A program made the translations under genes and the position numbers. From assembly GCA_028873925.1 (NCBI GenBank), contig JAPPNA010000038.1, forward strand, positions 20,013 through 84,012: a stretch of DNA of 64,000 bases. The letters run 5' to 3'. The notes under the pieces are model-generated. The model had not been told where the DNA came from. It made no database searches and worked only from the letters and a program-made list of their open reading frames with translations. This document shows positions 52,551 through 62,397 of the stretch, piece after piece. The stretch is from Bacteroidota bacterium (lineage in GTDB: Bacteria; Bacteroidota; Rhodothermia; Rhodothermales; Bin80). Position 1 is the stretch's first letter, and every line of letters begins with the position of its first letter.

Positions 52551-55500
52551 TCATTGACCGTACCTGACCCCGGCGACTTCAAGAAGGATCGCGGCGATCC
52601 GGCGCGCTGTATGGGAAAAATGGTCCGTTTCGTGATAGGTTAGGGGACGATTGAAGAACCTGAAGTCTCTTGCCGAAAGCCACTTCGGAAGTACGTCATG
52701 CCCTCCCATATTGAACTGCCACACTCGTTCGGGTATGTTGTCCCAGTATGCATTATCATTGATATAGATCCGATAGGCATACGGGCCCAAGACATCTGAG
52801 TGCATACCCTCGTAATTGAATCTCTCCGTCTTTCCCGAACTGACGCTGAATCCGCGCCTGTTGCGCTTACCCCAAGGGGCAGTCACCTTGAAATCGTCAC
52901 CCTGCACAGGCTTTTCATTTTCCGTCTTCATCAGTGCAATAGGCCTGAACTCCGGCGTTGCCCATGATGTCACACCCCTGATTCGTCCCGGACTCTTTAG
53001 GAGTCGGATAAGACGCGCTCCTTTGTCAGCTTTAGCCAAGAGTTCTTTTCCGGCTTGGGTTGAGTCCTGGCTCTCGCCCCAGCCCGGCAGGGGGATTCGG
53101 GGCCAATCAAGTCTCAGGGACCTGGTATAAGTAGACCGGTACTCCTTGTCATACAGGGTGGCCACAATGAACCCGAAAAGATCTTCAACGGTCACGTCCA
53201 GCCGCGTGATATACTCCAGTGCCTCCTGTTTGAGGTTAGGCTCCTTTTGATTCCCGTTCAGGAGATCTCCTGCAACATATAGCGGGAAGACAGATCCCCC
53301 TTGAGCATCCAGATGCATACAGCTCAGGCTGAACACGACGGGTGGAAATGGCCGCTTCCTGCTTGATGACCGCGCAAGTACCAGGCATGGCGTTCCCGTT
53401 AGGAATTTGGACACATACCTGGCCCGATTCCTATCCAACAGCTTGCCGTGCTCCTCCCAGTACAGCCAGCGCTGGTCAAACGGACGCCATTCGTACGGAA
53501 CGAAACCCTCCTCCCGCGGATGTCCGCGTCGTACAAGCGCTTCCCGCTCCGCCCGGGCATCGAAGCCCTTGCCGCTCTCCATTATCCGCGGATACCGTTG
53601 AGCGATCTCGTCATTTGAAGTATCTGGGTCAAAATACTCTTCCACCCGACGACGAAGGCGGTCTTCGTCAATGTCAACCAGAAATTCGTCCCGCGAGGTC
53701 TTGATGCCGGGGCTGCGGAATCTGAAAATGTCAATCAGTGATGGCCACTGCTGATAAACTGCCTTCAAGGAGTTTACGGGCGTAAAAACCATTCGACTTT
53801 CCGCATCAGGCTCAATTGCCGTATACCCGTCCGGCTCCTGTACACTCCGGAGTAACGCCGCTTTGCGATTATCCGCCCGAGACTGATCAAAGGAGCGGTA
53901 AAACACCTCCGCCTGCCTGCTGCCGTTGCTTCTGTGGACCTTTGAAAGCAGTGTTATGGCTACACCCACTTCGATGCCCGTCGCCCCGCTATGCTCCATA
54001 GCAAAGACCGTCTGACTCGGTTTGCCATCCGATCCCAGTTCCCTGGCTCGCCGATTACCATGGAGGTTGTCAATCCAAATCTTGTCAAACGTCTTTAGGA
54101 AGTGATCGCGCATGACCGGATGAGAAAATCCTTCCAGCCAGGAATTGTTTGACACGAAACAGACAATTCCTCTGCCTGTACCCTCCGCAATTCGACGCTC
54201 GGCTAAGCGAAAAAACTTCACATACAGATCGTTGAGGCCTCGTCCTTCGGGGCGAATCCTTGGATCCTTAGCCTCCCGATAGGTCTTCAACCTGCCCTCT
54301 TCGCCTTCAATCCGCAATGTTGTGAACCCCTCATAGGGCGGATTGCCGAGAATAACGAGAATTGGGGTCGATTGCTTGATTTCATCTGCGCGCTCCCGAT
54401 CCTTTGCCAATTCAGTAAACAGTGAGCTGATCTGAGGTCGCTCTTCCCAGCCGGTGAGTGAGTTAGTCAGGAATATTCCCAGACGGTCAGTCGCATCCTG
54501 GGGATCCAATGCTATGCCATCATTGCGCAGCGCTAAACCGATTTGCAGGTGAGCCACAATTACGGGAACGGGCATAATGTCAAATCCGAAAATTCGCGAG
54601 GCTGCCGCCTCCTTGAGCCTGGCAACAGTTGTCAGATCATGGCCCAGTTCTTCCGACAGACTTGCCCTGATTACGTGCAGAACCTCAGTCAGGTAGGCAC
54701 CGGTGCCGCAACATGGATCCAGAACAAACACGCTGTCGTCAGCCAGCCCCCGCACTATGCCAAAGTCGCGTTTGAGCACCTGATCGACGCGGGCCACCAT
54801 ATAGCGCACAATTTCCTTAGGGGTGTACCAGACACCCAGTTCTGCCCGAATGGCCGGATCAAAGGAGTTTATGAAGGTCTCGTAGAAATACACCACAACA
54901 TCTTCGCGCGTGATCCGATTGAAGAAGTGTTCCGCCTCAACGCGCATCAGGGCCTCCTGCGTCCAGTCCAGGATATCGCCCAGTCCGCCAAGGTGGTGTA
55001 ACTGCCGGCGCTGCGAGATGTAATTGAACAAGTCGCTAAGCGCGGGGGCGTGCAGGTGGTCTGCGGAATCGCGCCAGGCAAAGCCTCCCGTAGGATGGTG
55101 TCCGGCAAATAACGGCCCCGCACCGCTGCTTTCCTGCTGGCGGGACCACAACACCCAAGCCGAGAACACACCATAGACCAGCGTTTGAATCAATGTGGAT
55201 CTGAAAAACTGTCCTCCCAATTCGCCCTGAAAATCAACGCCGATAATTTTGCCCAATTCGTCAGATAATTGAGACGACTCAAGGTCCAACTCAGAGGTTT
55301 CCATCCTCGCCAGACCTTCGCGGGCATACGATGCCAGAATTTGTGCCAGATCTTTCAAGTCCCTGATCCGGGTCTTGTACGAAAATGCTCTTGCGAGAAA
55401 CTCGCCGAACTGGACCCCTATTTGCCGGGCGTATTCCCCTGGGAGCCGGAGGCACTGCTCAAACACATCGTCACTCCCGGCAATCGAAAATGACTCCAAC

Positions 55501-55913
55501 TCTTTGCGATGCCCTTCATGGTCCTCTCCGATGACCACAAACTGGCGCAGGTTGGTGGCGATTATCCGCCTGTTATACGACTCCCAGTATGTAACCACTT
55601 GCGGACTCTTGATCAGCTCGTTTATCCCGTGTTTCCAACCCTTAACCTCCACCATTCCGCGCCCGCGAGCGGCTGCATCACCGTCCTTGGAATCACCCTC
55701 GGCGTACAGCAAAAAGTCAGGACGATTGACACCCCGTGGCTGCTCAACACAAGAGACGGCCGGTGAAAGCGTGCTCCCAATGGCGTTAAAGAGGTCACGC
55801 AGCGGCCCGTAGTACGACAGTTCTTCCGTAGACACGCCGGTCCGGTAAATCTTGCTGATTTCCGCCAGATAGGTCTGCGTGATCGTAACAAATGACACCA
55901 TGGTCACCACCAA
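52551..55913 (-). CDS. Large fused restriction-modification candidate: N-terminal PD-(D/E)xK-like module + gamma-class N6-adenine methyltransferase + YeeA/type-ISP-like C-terminal specificity region (no helicase)
   Basis: 1120 aa. NRPDFLLYAEG...GMVEVKGWK (D...ExK). Motif I VLDPCCGTGAYLTEVL. Motif IV ILGNPPYEGF. C-terminal WQFNMGGHDVLPKWLSAR, resembling the conserved IGGYxVxxKWL element of YeeA/ISP-type enzymes. The start is TTG 55913 or ATG 55901. Confidence 0.65.
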   Translation of the reverse strand: MVVTMVSFVTITQTYLAEISKIYRTGVSTEELSYYGPLRDLFNAIGSTLSPAVSCVEQPRGVNRPDFLLYAEGDSKDGDAAARGRGMVEVKGWKHGINELIKSPQVVTYWESYNRRIIATNLRQFVVIGEDHEGHRKELESFSIAGSDDVFEQCLRLPGEYARQIGVQFGEFLARAFSYKTRIRDLKDLAQILASYAREGLARMETSELDLESSQLSDELGKIIGVDFQGELGGQFFRSTLIQTLVYGVFSAWVLWSRQQESSGAGPLFAGHHPTGGFAWRDSADHLHAPALSDLFNYISQRRQLHHLGGLGDILDWTQEALMRVEAEHFFNRITREDVVVYFYETFINSFDPAIRAELGVWYTPKEIVRYMVARVDQVLKRDFGIVRGLADDSVFVLDPCCGTGAYLTEVLHVIRASLSEELGHDLTTVARLKEAAASRIFGFDIMPVPVIVAHLQIGLALRNDGIALDPQDATDRLGIFLTNSLTGWEERPQISSLFTELAKDRERADEIKQSTPILVILGNPPYEGFTTLRIEGEEGRLKTYREAKDPRIRPEGRGLNDLYVKFFRLAERRIAEGTGRGIVCFVSNNSWLEGFSHPVMRDHFLKTFDKIWIDNLHGNRRARELGSDGKPSQTVFAMEHSGATGIEVGVAITLLSKVHRSNGSRQAEVFYRSFDQSRADNRKAALLRSVQEPDGYTAIEPDAESRMVFTPVNSLKAVYQQWPSLIDIFRFRSPGIKTSRDEFLVDIDEDRLRRRVEEYFDPDTSNDEIAQRYPRIMESGKGFDARAEREALVRRGHPREEGFVPYEWRPFDQRWLYWEEHGKLLDRNRARYVSKFLTGTPCLVLARSSSRKRPFPPVVFSLSCMHLDAQGGSVFPLYVAGDLLNGNQKEPNLKQEALEYITRLDVTVEDLFGFIVATLYDKEYRSTYTRSLRLDWPRIPLPGWGESQDSTQAGKELLAKADKGARLIRLLKSPGRIRGVTSWATPEFRPIALMKTENEKPVQGDDFKVTAPWGKRNRRGFSVSSGKTERFNYEGMHSDVLGPYAYRIYINDNAYWDNIPERVWQFNMGGHDVLPKWLSARDFRFFNRPLTYHETDHFSHTARRIAAILLEVAGVRYGQ

Positions 55914-56754
55914 CCGGTTATGGAATGGTGAACTGCAAAGGCCCCAGGTCAGCGGCCGTAATTACGGTCGCGAATGATCCTACTGAGTTTTGACCGGACT
56001 GACCTGGTGCTGTTTGCATCGGGTACGCGTATGGGTGCACTTTGACCCGCGGCTTGAGCTCGGAGGGGTTCACGATCATGTGTTTTAGAGGACCCGCTAA
56101 GTGCACCATCTACTGGTGATCCATTCGGTTTACGCTAAGGATTCCTGATGAATTACGCTCATCTTGTGCGGTAGGGCTCCAGTCCGCCGAATTCGCGTGG
56201 CCCGGCGTACTGAGTCTGCTACAGCCAGCTTGCCCCTGGCGCAGCTTCTCCAAGCTGGCAGCCCAGGTTTCGTCCATCTCTTCGGGACCATCCATCGCCT
56301 ATGGTTCAGCAGGAATGGGCAGCTCGCGACTGAATTTCTGAATGAGCACGACTGCGCTTTGCGCCATGTAAAGCTTCATGGGCGCTACTCCCGCAAGATA
56401 CGCAATCCACCCCCACAACACCCAAGCCGATCGCCGCCTTAACCGTTCCAATTGATCACCCCGCCTTAACGTTTAGCACCGGTGGCGTATGGGGTCAGGT
56501 GCTAAGCAGCATGTACATTTTCAGGACGCAGGAAGCACGGTTTCCGACCTGCCGTGCGGCTGCCCCTCGGAACCGGGAATGTCTCCTTCAAGAACATTGG
56601 GCCCGTATAATGTGGCAATCTGAGCATCCGGCCCTTGCTCAGGGGTGTCCACGTTCGGGTTACTCCTGCCAGGCTCAATAGGCCTAAAGGGTTTACTATT
56701 TGCCGCAATCCCATAACTTTTCACGTCAGCCTGCGCCGAATATCCTGTTAAATC

Positions 56755-58305
56755 ATGATCCGTCACTGGTCCATCCGGCCCTTAATGGCTTGCGCGGCTA
56801 TTGTCTGGTACTGCGCAGGGTGCGGCGGTACGCCGCCGCCCAACATTGTCATCATACTGGCGGACGATCTGGGGTATTCGGACATCGGAGCATACGGCGG
56901 AGAGATTCAAACGCCGGCCCTGGATGGGCTGGCGTTGGACGGACTGCGTTTTCAGCGCTTCTACAACGGTGGGCGGTGCTGCCCAACCCGCGCTACCCTG
57001 CTGACGGGGCGTTATCCGCATGCAGTCGGTATGGGAGCGATGGTGAGCTCGCTCAATTCGCTCCCCCAACCCGGGCCCTATCAGGGTTATCTCAGCCAGG
57101 AAGCTCCTACCATCGCCGAAATGCTCCGGGCAAACGGTTATCGTACCTACATGTCCGGCAAATGGCATGTAGGCGAAAAGCCGGAGCACTGGCCGCGCCG
57201 GCGCGGATTTGACCGCTATTTCGGCCTGATCAGCGGTGCCAGCAGCTACTACGAAATCATCCGCGACCAGCCGCGTATTCGTGCGATGGCCCTTGATGAT
57301 ACGCCTTGGTCTCCGCCGGCGGAGGGCTTCTACATGACGGATGCCTTTACGGATCGGGCATTGGATTTTCTCAACGAGCACCCGGAGGGCGATCCTTTTT
57401 TTCTGTATCTCGCCTACACGGCACCTCACTGGCCACTTCATGCACTGCCGGAGGACATTGCGCGCTACAGGGATCGATATACCGATGGCTGGGACGTGCT
57501 CAGGCATGAGCGGTACAGGCGGCAACTGGACCTGGGGCTGATTGATTCCACCTGGGGTCTGCCGTCGCGACCGCAGCATCTGCCCGCATGGGAGGACGAG
57601 CCGAATAAGGAAAACTGGGCGGAGCGGATGGCGGTATACGCGGCCATGGTCGACCGCATGGATCAGGGCATTGGCCGTATTGTGGGTCAGCTGAGGGCCA
57701 TGGGTGTGCTTGACCATACGCTAATCGTGTTCCTGTCGGACAATGGCGGCTGCGCCGAAAGTGTGGCCGGCCGTAATCTCCATGATTCAACCGCCGCTGT
57801 GGGGGCGCGGGGCTCATATGTGGCTTATCAGGAGGCATGGGCCAACGCTTCCAACACGCCGTTTCGGCTGTACAAGCAGTGGATGCACGAAGGGGGCATT
57901 GCCACGCCGCTTATTGCCCACTGGCCGGATGGAATAGGGGCACCCGGCCGCATCACCACGGCCGGCGGGCATGTCATGGACCTGATGGCCACGATTGCCG
58001 ACGCAACAGGCATCACGCTTCCGCAAACGGATGGCCGCAGTTTGCTGCCGGTGTTCACTACGTCTGCTGTACCTGCCGGTGAGCGGACTCTGTACTGGGA
58101 GCATATTGGCCACCGCGCCATACGGGAGGGGCATTGGAAGCTCGTTTACGACCGGAGACGGGGCGAATGGGAGCTGTATGACCTGTCGGCTGATCCCACA
58201 GAACTCACGGATCTGTCCCGGCACCTGCCGTTGCGGGCTGAACGCATGGCCGCCGAATGGCAAAGCTGGGCGGATTCGATCGGCGTTCGCATGACACCGA
58301 ATTGA
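56755..58305 (+). CDS. Arylsulfatase-family sulfatase (Cys-type, lipoprotein signal)
   Basis: 516 aa. WYCAGCGG lipobox. NIVIILADDLGYSDIGAYGG. CCPTRATLLTGRY. Confidence 0.88.
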   Translation: MIRHWSIRPLMACAAIVWYCAGCGGTPPPNIVIILADDLGYSDIGAYGGEIQTPALDGLALDGLRFQRFYNGGRCCPTRATLLTGRYPHAVGMGAMVSSLNSLPQPGPYQGYLSQEAPTIAEMLRANGYRTYMSGKWHVGEKPEHWPRRRGFDRYFGLISGASSYYEIIRDQPRIRAMALDDTPWSPPAEGFYMTDAFTDRALDFLNEHPEGDPFFLYLAYTAPHWPLHALPEDIARYRDRYTDGWDVLRHERYRRQLDLGLIDSTWGLPSRPQHLPAWEDEPNKENWAERMAVYAAMVDRMDQGIGRIVGQLRAMGVLDHTLIVFLSDNGGCAESVAGRNLHDSTAAVGARGSYVAYQEAWANASNTPFRLYKQWMHEGGIATPLIAHWPDGIGAPGRITTAGGHVMDLMATIADATGITLPQTDGRSLLPVFTTSAVPAGERTLYWEHIGHRAIREGHWKLVYDRRRGEWELYDLSADPTELTDLSRHLPLRAERMAAEWQSWADSIGVRMTPN

Positions 58306-58322
58306 CCTGACGAACCCGGAAC

Positions 58323-59051
58323 ATGGGCAGAACTATCCTCATCACCGGAGCCAGCACCGGCATTGGTGCGGAGACAGCGCGCCGGCTGGCACCCGGCAGC
58401 ACCCTGCTGCTGCATCATAATCGTTCTTCCATTGACGATGTCGCCTCGGAAGCTGCAGAACGCGGTGCCCAGGTGCATACTTTCCAGGCCGACCTGAGCG
58501 CGGAGTCCGGGTGCCTTGGGTTGGTTGCCGAAGTCAGCAACTGCACTGATCAGTTGGATGTGCTCGTCAACAATGCGGGCAGTCTCCTTGAGCGCCGCAC
58601 CGTGGCCACCCTGCGCTGGGATCTGATGGAGCAGATCTTTGCACTGAACACTTTTGCGCCCATGCTGCTGACCCGGCTGTGCGGGCCGTTGTTGCGTAAG
58701 GGTACCTCTCCGTGCATCTTCAACATCACCTCTATAGCGATGCGTCACGGTGCCCCGACCGCGACCATTTACGGAGCTGCCAAGGGTGCCCTGGATGCCT
58801 TCACGCGCGGATCAGCACGGGAGCTCGCACCCGACATCCGAGTAAATGCGGTGGCTCCCGGCGTTATTCTGACACCGTTTCACGAAAGGTATACAACGCA
58901 GGCTCAGTTGGACTCGATTAAGAGCCAGACTCCACTTGGATTCCACGGCAGCAGTGAAGACATCGCGCATGCCGTGGAATTCCTGATTGAAAATCCCTTC
59001 ACGACCGGTGAGACCCTGGATATTAACGGGGACTGTTTATGCGATAAAACC
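58323..59051 (+). CDS. SDR family oxidoreductase, with no stop codon of its own in the sequence as given (reads in frame into the next gene)
   Basis: ILITGASTGIGAETARRLA (TGxxxGxG). NNAG. YGAAKGAL (YxxxK). C-terminal GETLDING. The ORF track fuses it to the downstream sulfatase as a 695-aa product. Confidence 0.75.
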
Positions 59052-60410
59052 ATGCGACGACTCTTTCCCGTGATACTGTTGGCCGTTAGTGCCTGCGCTC
59101 CGGCACCCGCTCCGCCTAATATCATCTTTATCATGGCCGATGACCTCGGCTACGGTGATCTGGGCAGTTACGGCCAGATGGTAATCCAGACACCCCGGCT
59201 GGATCGGATGGCAGCGGAAGGTATGCGGTTTACGGACCATTATGCCGGCAGCACGGTGTGTGCGCCTTCAAGGTGCGTGCTCATGACCGGTCTTCATAGC
59301 GGTCACTGCCGGATCCGGGGCAACCGCCTGGTGCCCCTTGAAGACGAAGATGTCACCATTGCAGAGCTGCTGCAGGATGCCGGATACCGTACGGCCCTGA
59401 TCGGCAAATGGGGACTTGGCGAGCCCGGCACCACCGGCATCCCCAACAACCAAGGATTCGATTACTTCTACGGATATCTGAATCAGGTGCACGCCCACAA
59501 TTTCTATCCCGAATTCCTGTGGCGGGATACCGTTAAGGTTCCACTGGACAATGAAGTAGTAGCTGTGTCGCGTAACGGTTTGGGCGGCTATGCCACCAAA
59601 CGAGTGGATTACTCCCATGATCTGGTAACCGACGAGGCTCTGTCGTGGGTTACGCGTCAGCAGGGCACCCCGTTTTTCCTCTATTTGGCTTACACGATCC
59701 CGCATGCCAACAATGAGGCACCGGCGGGCGGGATTCACGGGATGGAAGTGCCGGACTACGGCCTTTATGCGGATTCAGCCTGGGAGGACCCCCATAAGGG
59801 TACAGCTGCAATGATCAGCCGACTGGACCGCGATGTGGGGCGGCTGCTGGATCTGCTGCAGTCCCGGGGGATAGCCGAAAATACACTGGTGTTCTTCACC
59901 AGCGATAACGGGCCGCACCGGGAGGCCGGGCGTGTACCGGAGTTTTTTAGCAGCAGCGGACCCTTGCGCGGCATCAAACGGGATCTGTACGAGGGCGGCA
60001 TTCGCGTACCGTTTATTGCCTGGTGGCCGGGCACCATTGCTCCGGGACTTACTACCGGCCATCCGTCCGCGTTTTGGGATTTTCCGGCTACAGCGATTGA
60101 GGCTGCCGGCCTTGATCCGGTAGACTCGGATGGGATTTCGTTTCTGCCGACGCTTCTGGGGCAGTCTCAGCCGCAGCATCAATACCTGTACTGGGAGTTC
60201 CATGAGGGTCCTCCGAAGCAGGCCATTCGGGCGGGCCGGTGGAAGGCCGTGTATTTTCATGAGCGTGGGGCAGCTGAGCTGTATGATCTCAGTCAGGATA
60301 TCAGCGAGACCAACGACCTGGCCGCGCAAATGCCGCACCTGGCGGATAGTCTGGTGGCTTTGATCCGCAACGCACATACGCCAAGTGCCGAATGGCCCTT
60401 AGACTGGTGA
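59052..60410 (+). CDS. Arylsulfatase-family sulfatase (Cys-type) with its own lipoprotein signal peptide
   Basis: Begins MRRLFPVILLAVSACAPAP (lipobox LAVSAC), then NIIFIMADDLGYGDLGSYG and CAPSRCVLMTGLH. The internal signal peptide argues for an independent start at 59052. Confidence 0.85.
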   Translation: MRRLFPVILLAVSACAPAPAPPNIIFIMADDLGYGDLGSYGQMVIQTPRLDRMAAEGMRFTDHYAGSTVCAPSRCVLMTGLHSGHCRIRGNRLVPLEDEDVTIAELLQDAGYRTALIGKWGLGEPGTTGIPNNQGFDYFYGYLNQVHAHNFYPEFLWRDTVKVPLDNEVVAVSRNGLGGYATKRVDYSHDLVTDEALSWVTRQQGTPFFLYLAYTIPHANNEAPAGGIHGMEVPDYGLYADSAWEDPHKGTAAMISRLDRDVGRLLDLLQSRGIAENTLVFFTSDNGPHREAGRVPEFFSSSGPLRGIKRDLYEGGIRVPFIAWWPGTIAPGLTTGHPSAFWDFPATAIEAAGLDPVDSDGISFLPTLLGQSQPQHQYLYWEFHEGPPKQAIRAGRWKAVYFHERGAAELYDLSQDISETNDLAAQMPHLADSLVALIRNAHTPSAEWPLDW

Positions 60411-61137
60411 TTGCGTGGGTCGGCGAGAAACTGATCGATGCCGCCGAATGCCCTATTGGCGGATTCAAGTCCCGTGCATGGAGTGGATTTGACCTCAGGT
60501 CAGCTGCCGATCATCAATAATATGCGTCGTTCCGAATATGTGGGTGCGACGGTAGCCATTGCCTTAAGAACTTCGGCTGGAGCTTTGGGACGGATGGGAT
60601 TTTGAGCACTGCTCCGGCATGCGGCTGGAGGTGATACAGTCTGCTGACAAGCAGGAATGGCATGCGCCCGACACAAGGCCCAGCCCGCCGGTATACAGCA
60701 TTGCTCAAGCGCAGGAATATTGGTATGGCGCAAACTGGATGGAGTTAACCGGATGCCTCACTCACATTAATCTGTTCGCGTGGCACGCCGGAACTGGCAG
60801 CGACACCGACCAGCGGGGGCGGCATACATGGGATTCCTTTGTTATCGCAGCACGCTACCTGCCTGATCAGAAGCGTATATCGGCCTCTGCGGAAGCTGCT
60901 GTCCAAACGGGCGGTTTCTGAAGGATGCAGTGTCACCGAGCTGCCAGGCGCTGTTGAGCGGATTCGGCAATCGCTTGACGGCCGACAATGGCGCAGGCCG
61001 CAGACATGCCTCTATCCGCCATTAAGCCGGATCCCCGGCTGACCCAGTATACCTGTGGCGGCACTGTTTCCTTGATGGTACTTCCCCAATCCGTGTAAAA
61101 TGCTTAATTTCCGTGTACCACTAAGTACTCACATTTC

Positions 61138-62213
61138 ATGGAAACGGATCTGGATCTTATGATATGTTACAGTTTACGAATGGGGGCCAATTGGAAGGTT
61201 GATGAGATCCGTCTGGATGCGGATGCTCAACGGGTTGATATCTATATTTCCTATGTGGGCGACCGGTTGATCTGCCCGGTGACCGGGGAGACGGGCACCT
61301 TGTATGATTACCGGAAGGAGCGGTCTTGGCGGCATGTGGATTGGTTTCAGTTTCCGTCCTTCGTCCACTGCCGCGTACCCCGGGTCAAGTCCTCCAAGGG
61401 GGTAAATGCGATCCGTGTTCCCTGGTCCAGTGATTCGCCGCAAAATACCGAAGCCTTTGAATCCTGGATGAATCGATTGCATAAAGCGATGAGGAGTTAA
61501 GCGAAGATGGCGCTGCAGGCTTGATGTCGTCAGTCAAATCCTACGCGGCGGCGTGCTCCGAAAGACACCGCGCATGTGAGCCTGGACGCGAAGGCAATTC
61601 ATGTCGGCCGCAAATAGGCCACGGTGGTGAGCGATTCCGAACGGAATAGGGTCCATGAGGGTCACGACCGGCACAGGCCCTGCTGCAGGGTCGGGATATA
61701 CGGGGCAATTCCAGATTGTTACGACCGACAGATGGAAGGTCCGCAGTTCGGGCGGCACAGAGCTGCCTCCAGGCGGCGCGCTAACCCACGATCGCTTTTC
61801 ATCCGGCCATCAAACCCAGTGCACGGACGCGAACCCACCATGAACGCCAGCGCAGCCGAAATGCGCTTTTGGACAATACACCACAGCCAATCAGAATACC
61901 ATCCGCAAATCCCACATACAGATCAGCACTGCGTGGAGGCCAGGAGAGGACCTCAAGGCCGTCTTTCAACACGACTCTATCGCCGAAGCAATGCAGCATC
62001 TCAAGCTCAGCCGTGTCAGGGAGCCAGCCGTACCGGCGGGCATCCAGGTCGCCGAAAGGTTTGAACGACACCGGGAAGGCCTCTGAGATGCGCTTTGCCA
62101 TCAACAGTCCCGTGTTCAAGCGGAACGAATCGGACCCAAGAAACCCGAACCCTCGGAAGAGGGTACAGAAAGTTAGCGAAGCACGCCCCCTTGTTCCATG
62201 GCTGTTTAATTAA
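61138..62213 (+). mobile_element. Degenerate ISL3-family transposase gene (pseudogene with multiple frameshifts and stops)
   Basis: The intact N-terminal 120-aa ORF has the ISL3 zinc-finger/N-terminal pattern (WKVDEIRLDADAQRVDIYISY...CPVTGETGTLYDYRKERSWRHVDWFQFPSFVHCRVPRVKS...IRVPWS). Downstream fragments appear in other frames (VSLDAKAIHVGRK*ATVVSDSERNRVHE; terminal ...GRGYRKLAKH resembling the ISL3 C-terminal ARGFRN motif). Inverted repeats were not confidently located. Confidence 0.65.
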
Positions 62214-62397
62214 CAACAGTCGCGGTAGAGCCCTGTATCCTGGCCAGGGGTGTCTGCCGAGCAGTGTTTAGGAGCATGGTAACCCACATAGACTCAATGC
62301 CTGCATTTGACCCGTGTCCTACCGGCACTTGCGCTGGAACCGGCCGTTCGGACCCCAAGCTGCCGATTCAGCTCAGCAGGGCGGGCAGAATACTGGT

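Noticed and set aside
55918-56440. Three minus-strand ORF segments upstream of the 1120-aa gene lie in one frame and are separated only by two TAG codons (...ELPIPAEP-TAG-AMDGPEEMD...RMDHQ-TAG-MVHLAGPL...)
   Set aside because: I considered a pseudogene or stop-codon readthrough. The translated sequence has no recognisable motif and the composition looks non-coding. Long open stretches are expected by chance at this GC content. It is worth a BLASTX check but is not supportable as a feature.
60570-60921. Plus-strand ORF (~100-117 aa; ...QEYWYGANWMELTGCLTHINLFAWHAGTG...) in the 730-bp gap between the sulfatase and the ISL3 remnant
   Set aside because: The composition is protein-like, but I could assign no family, start signal or partner gene. 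It may be a gene fragment left by the IS insertion. The evidence is insufficient to call it.
61040-62260. Attempt to define ISL3 terminal inverted repeats (GGCGGCACTGTTTCC near 61053 versus the reverse complement of 62225..62250)
   Set aside because: Only a weak ~10-nt partial match was found by eye. The element boundaries are therefore not reported.
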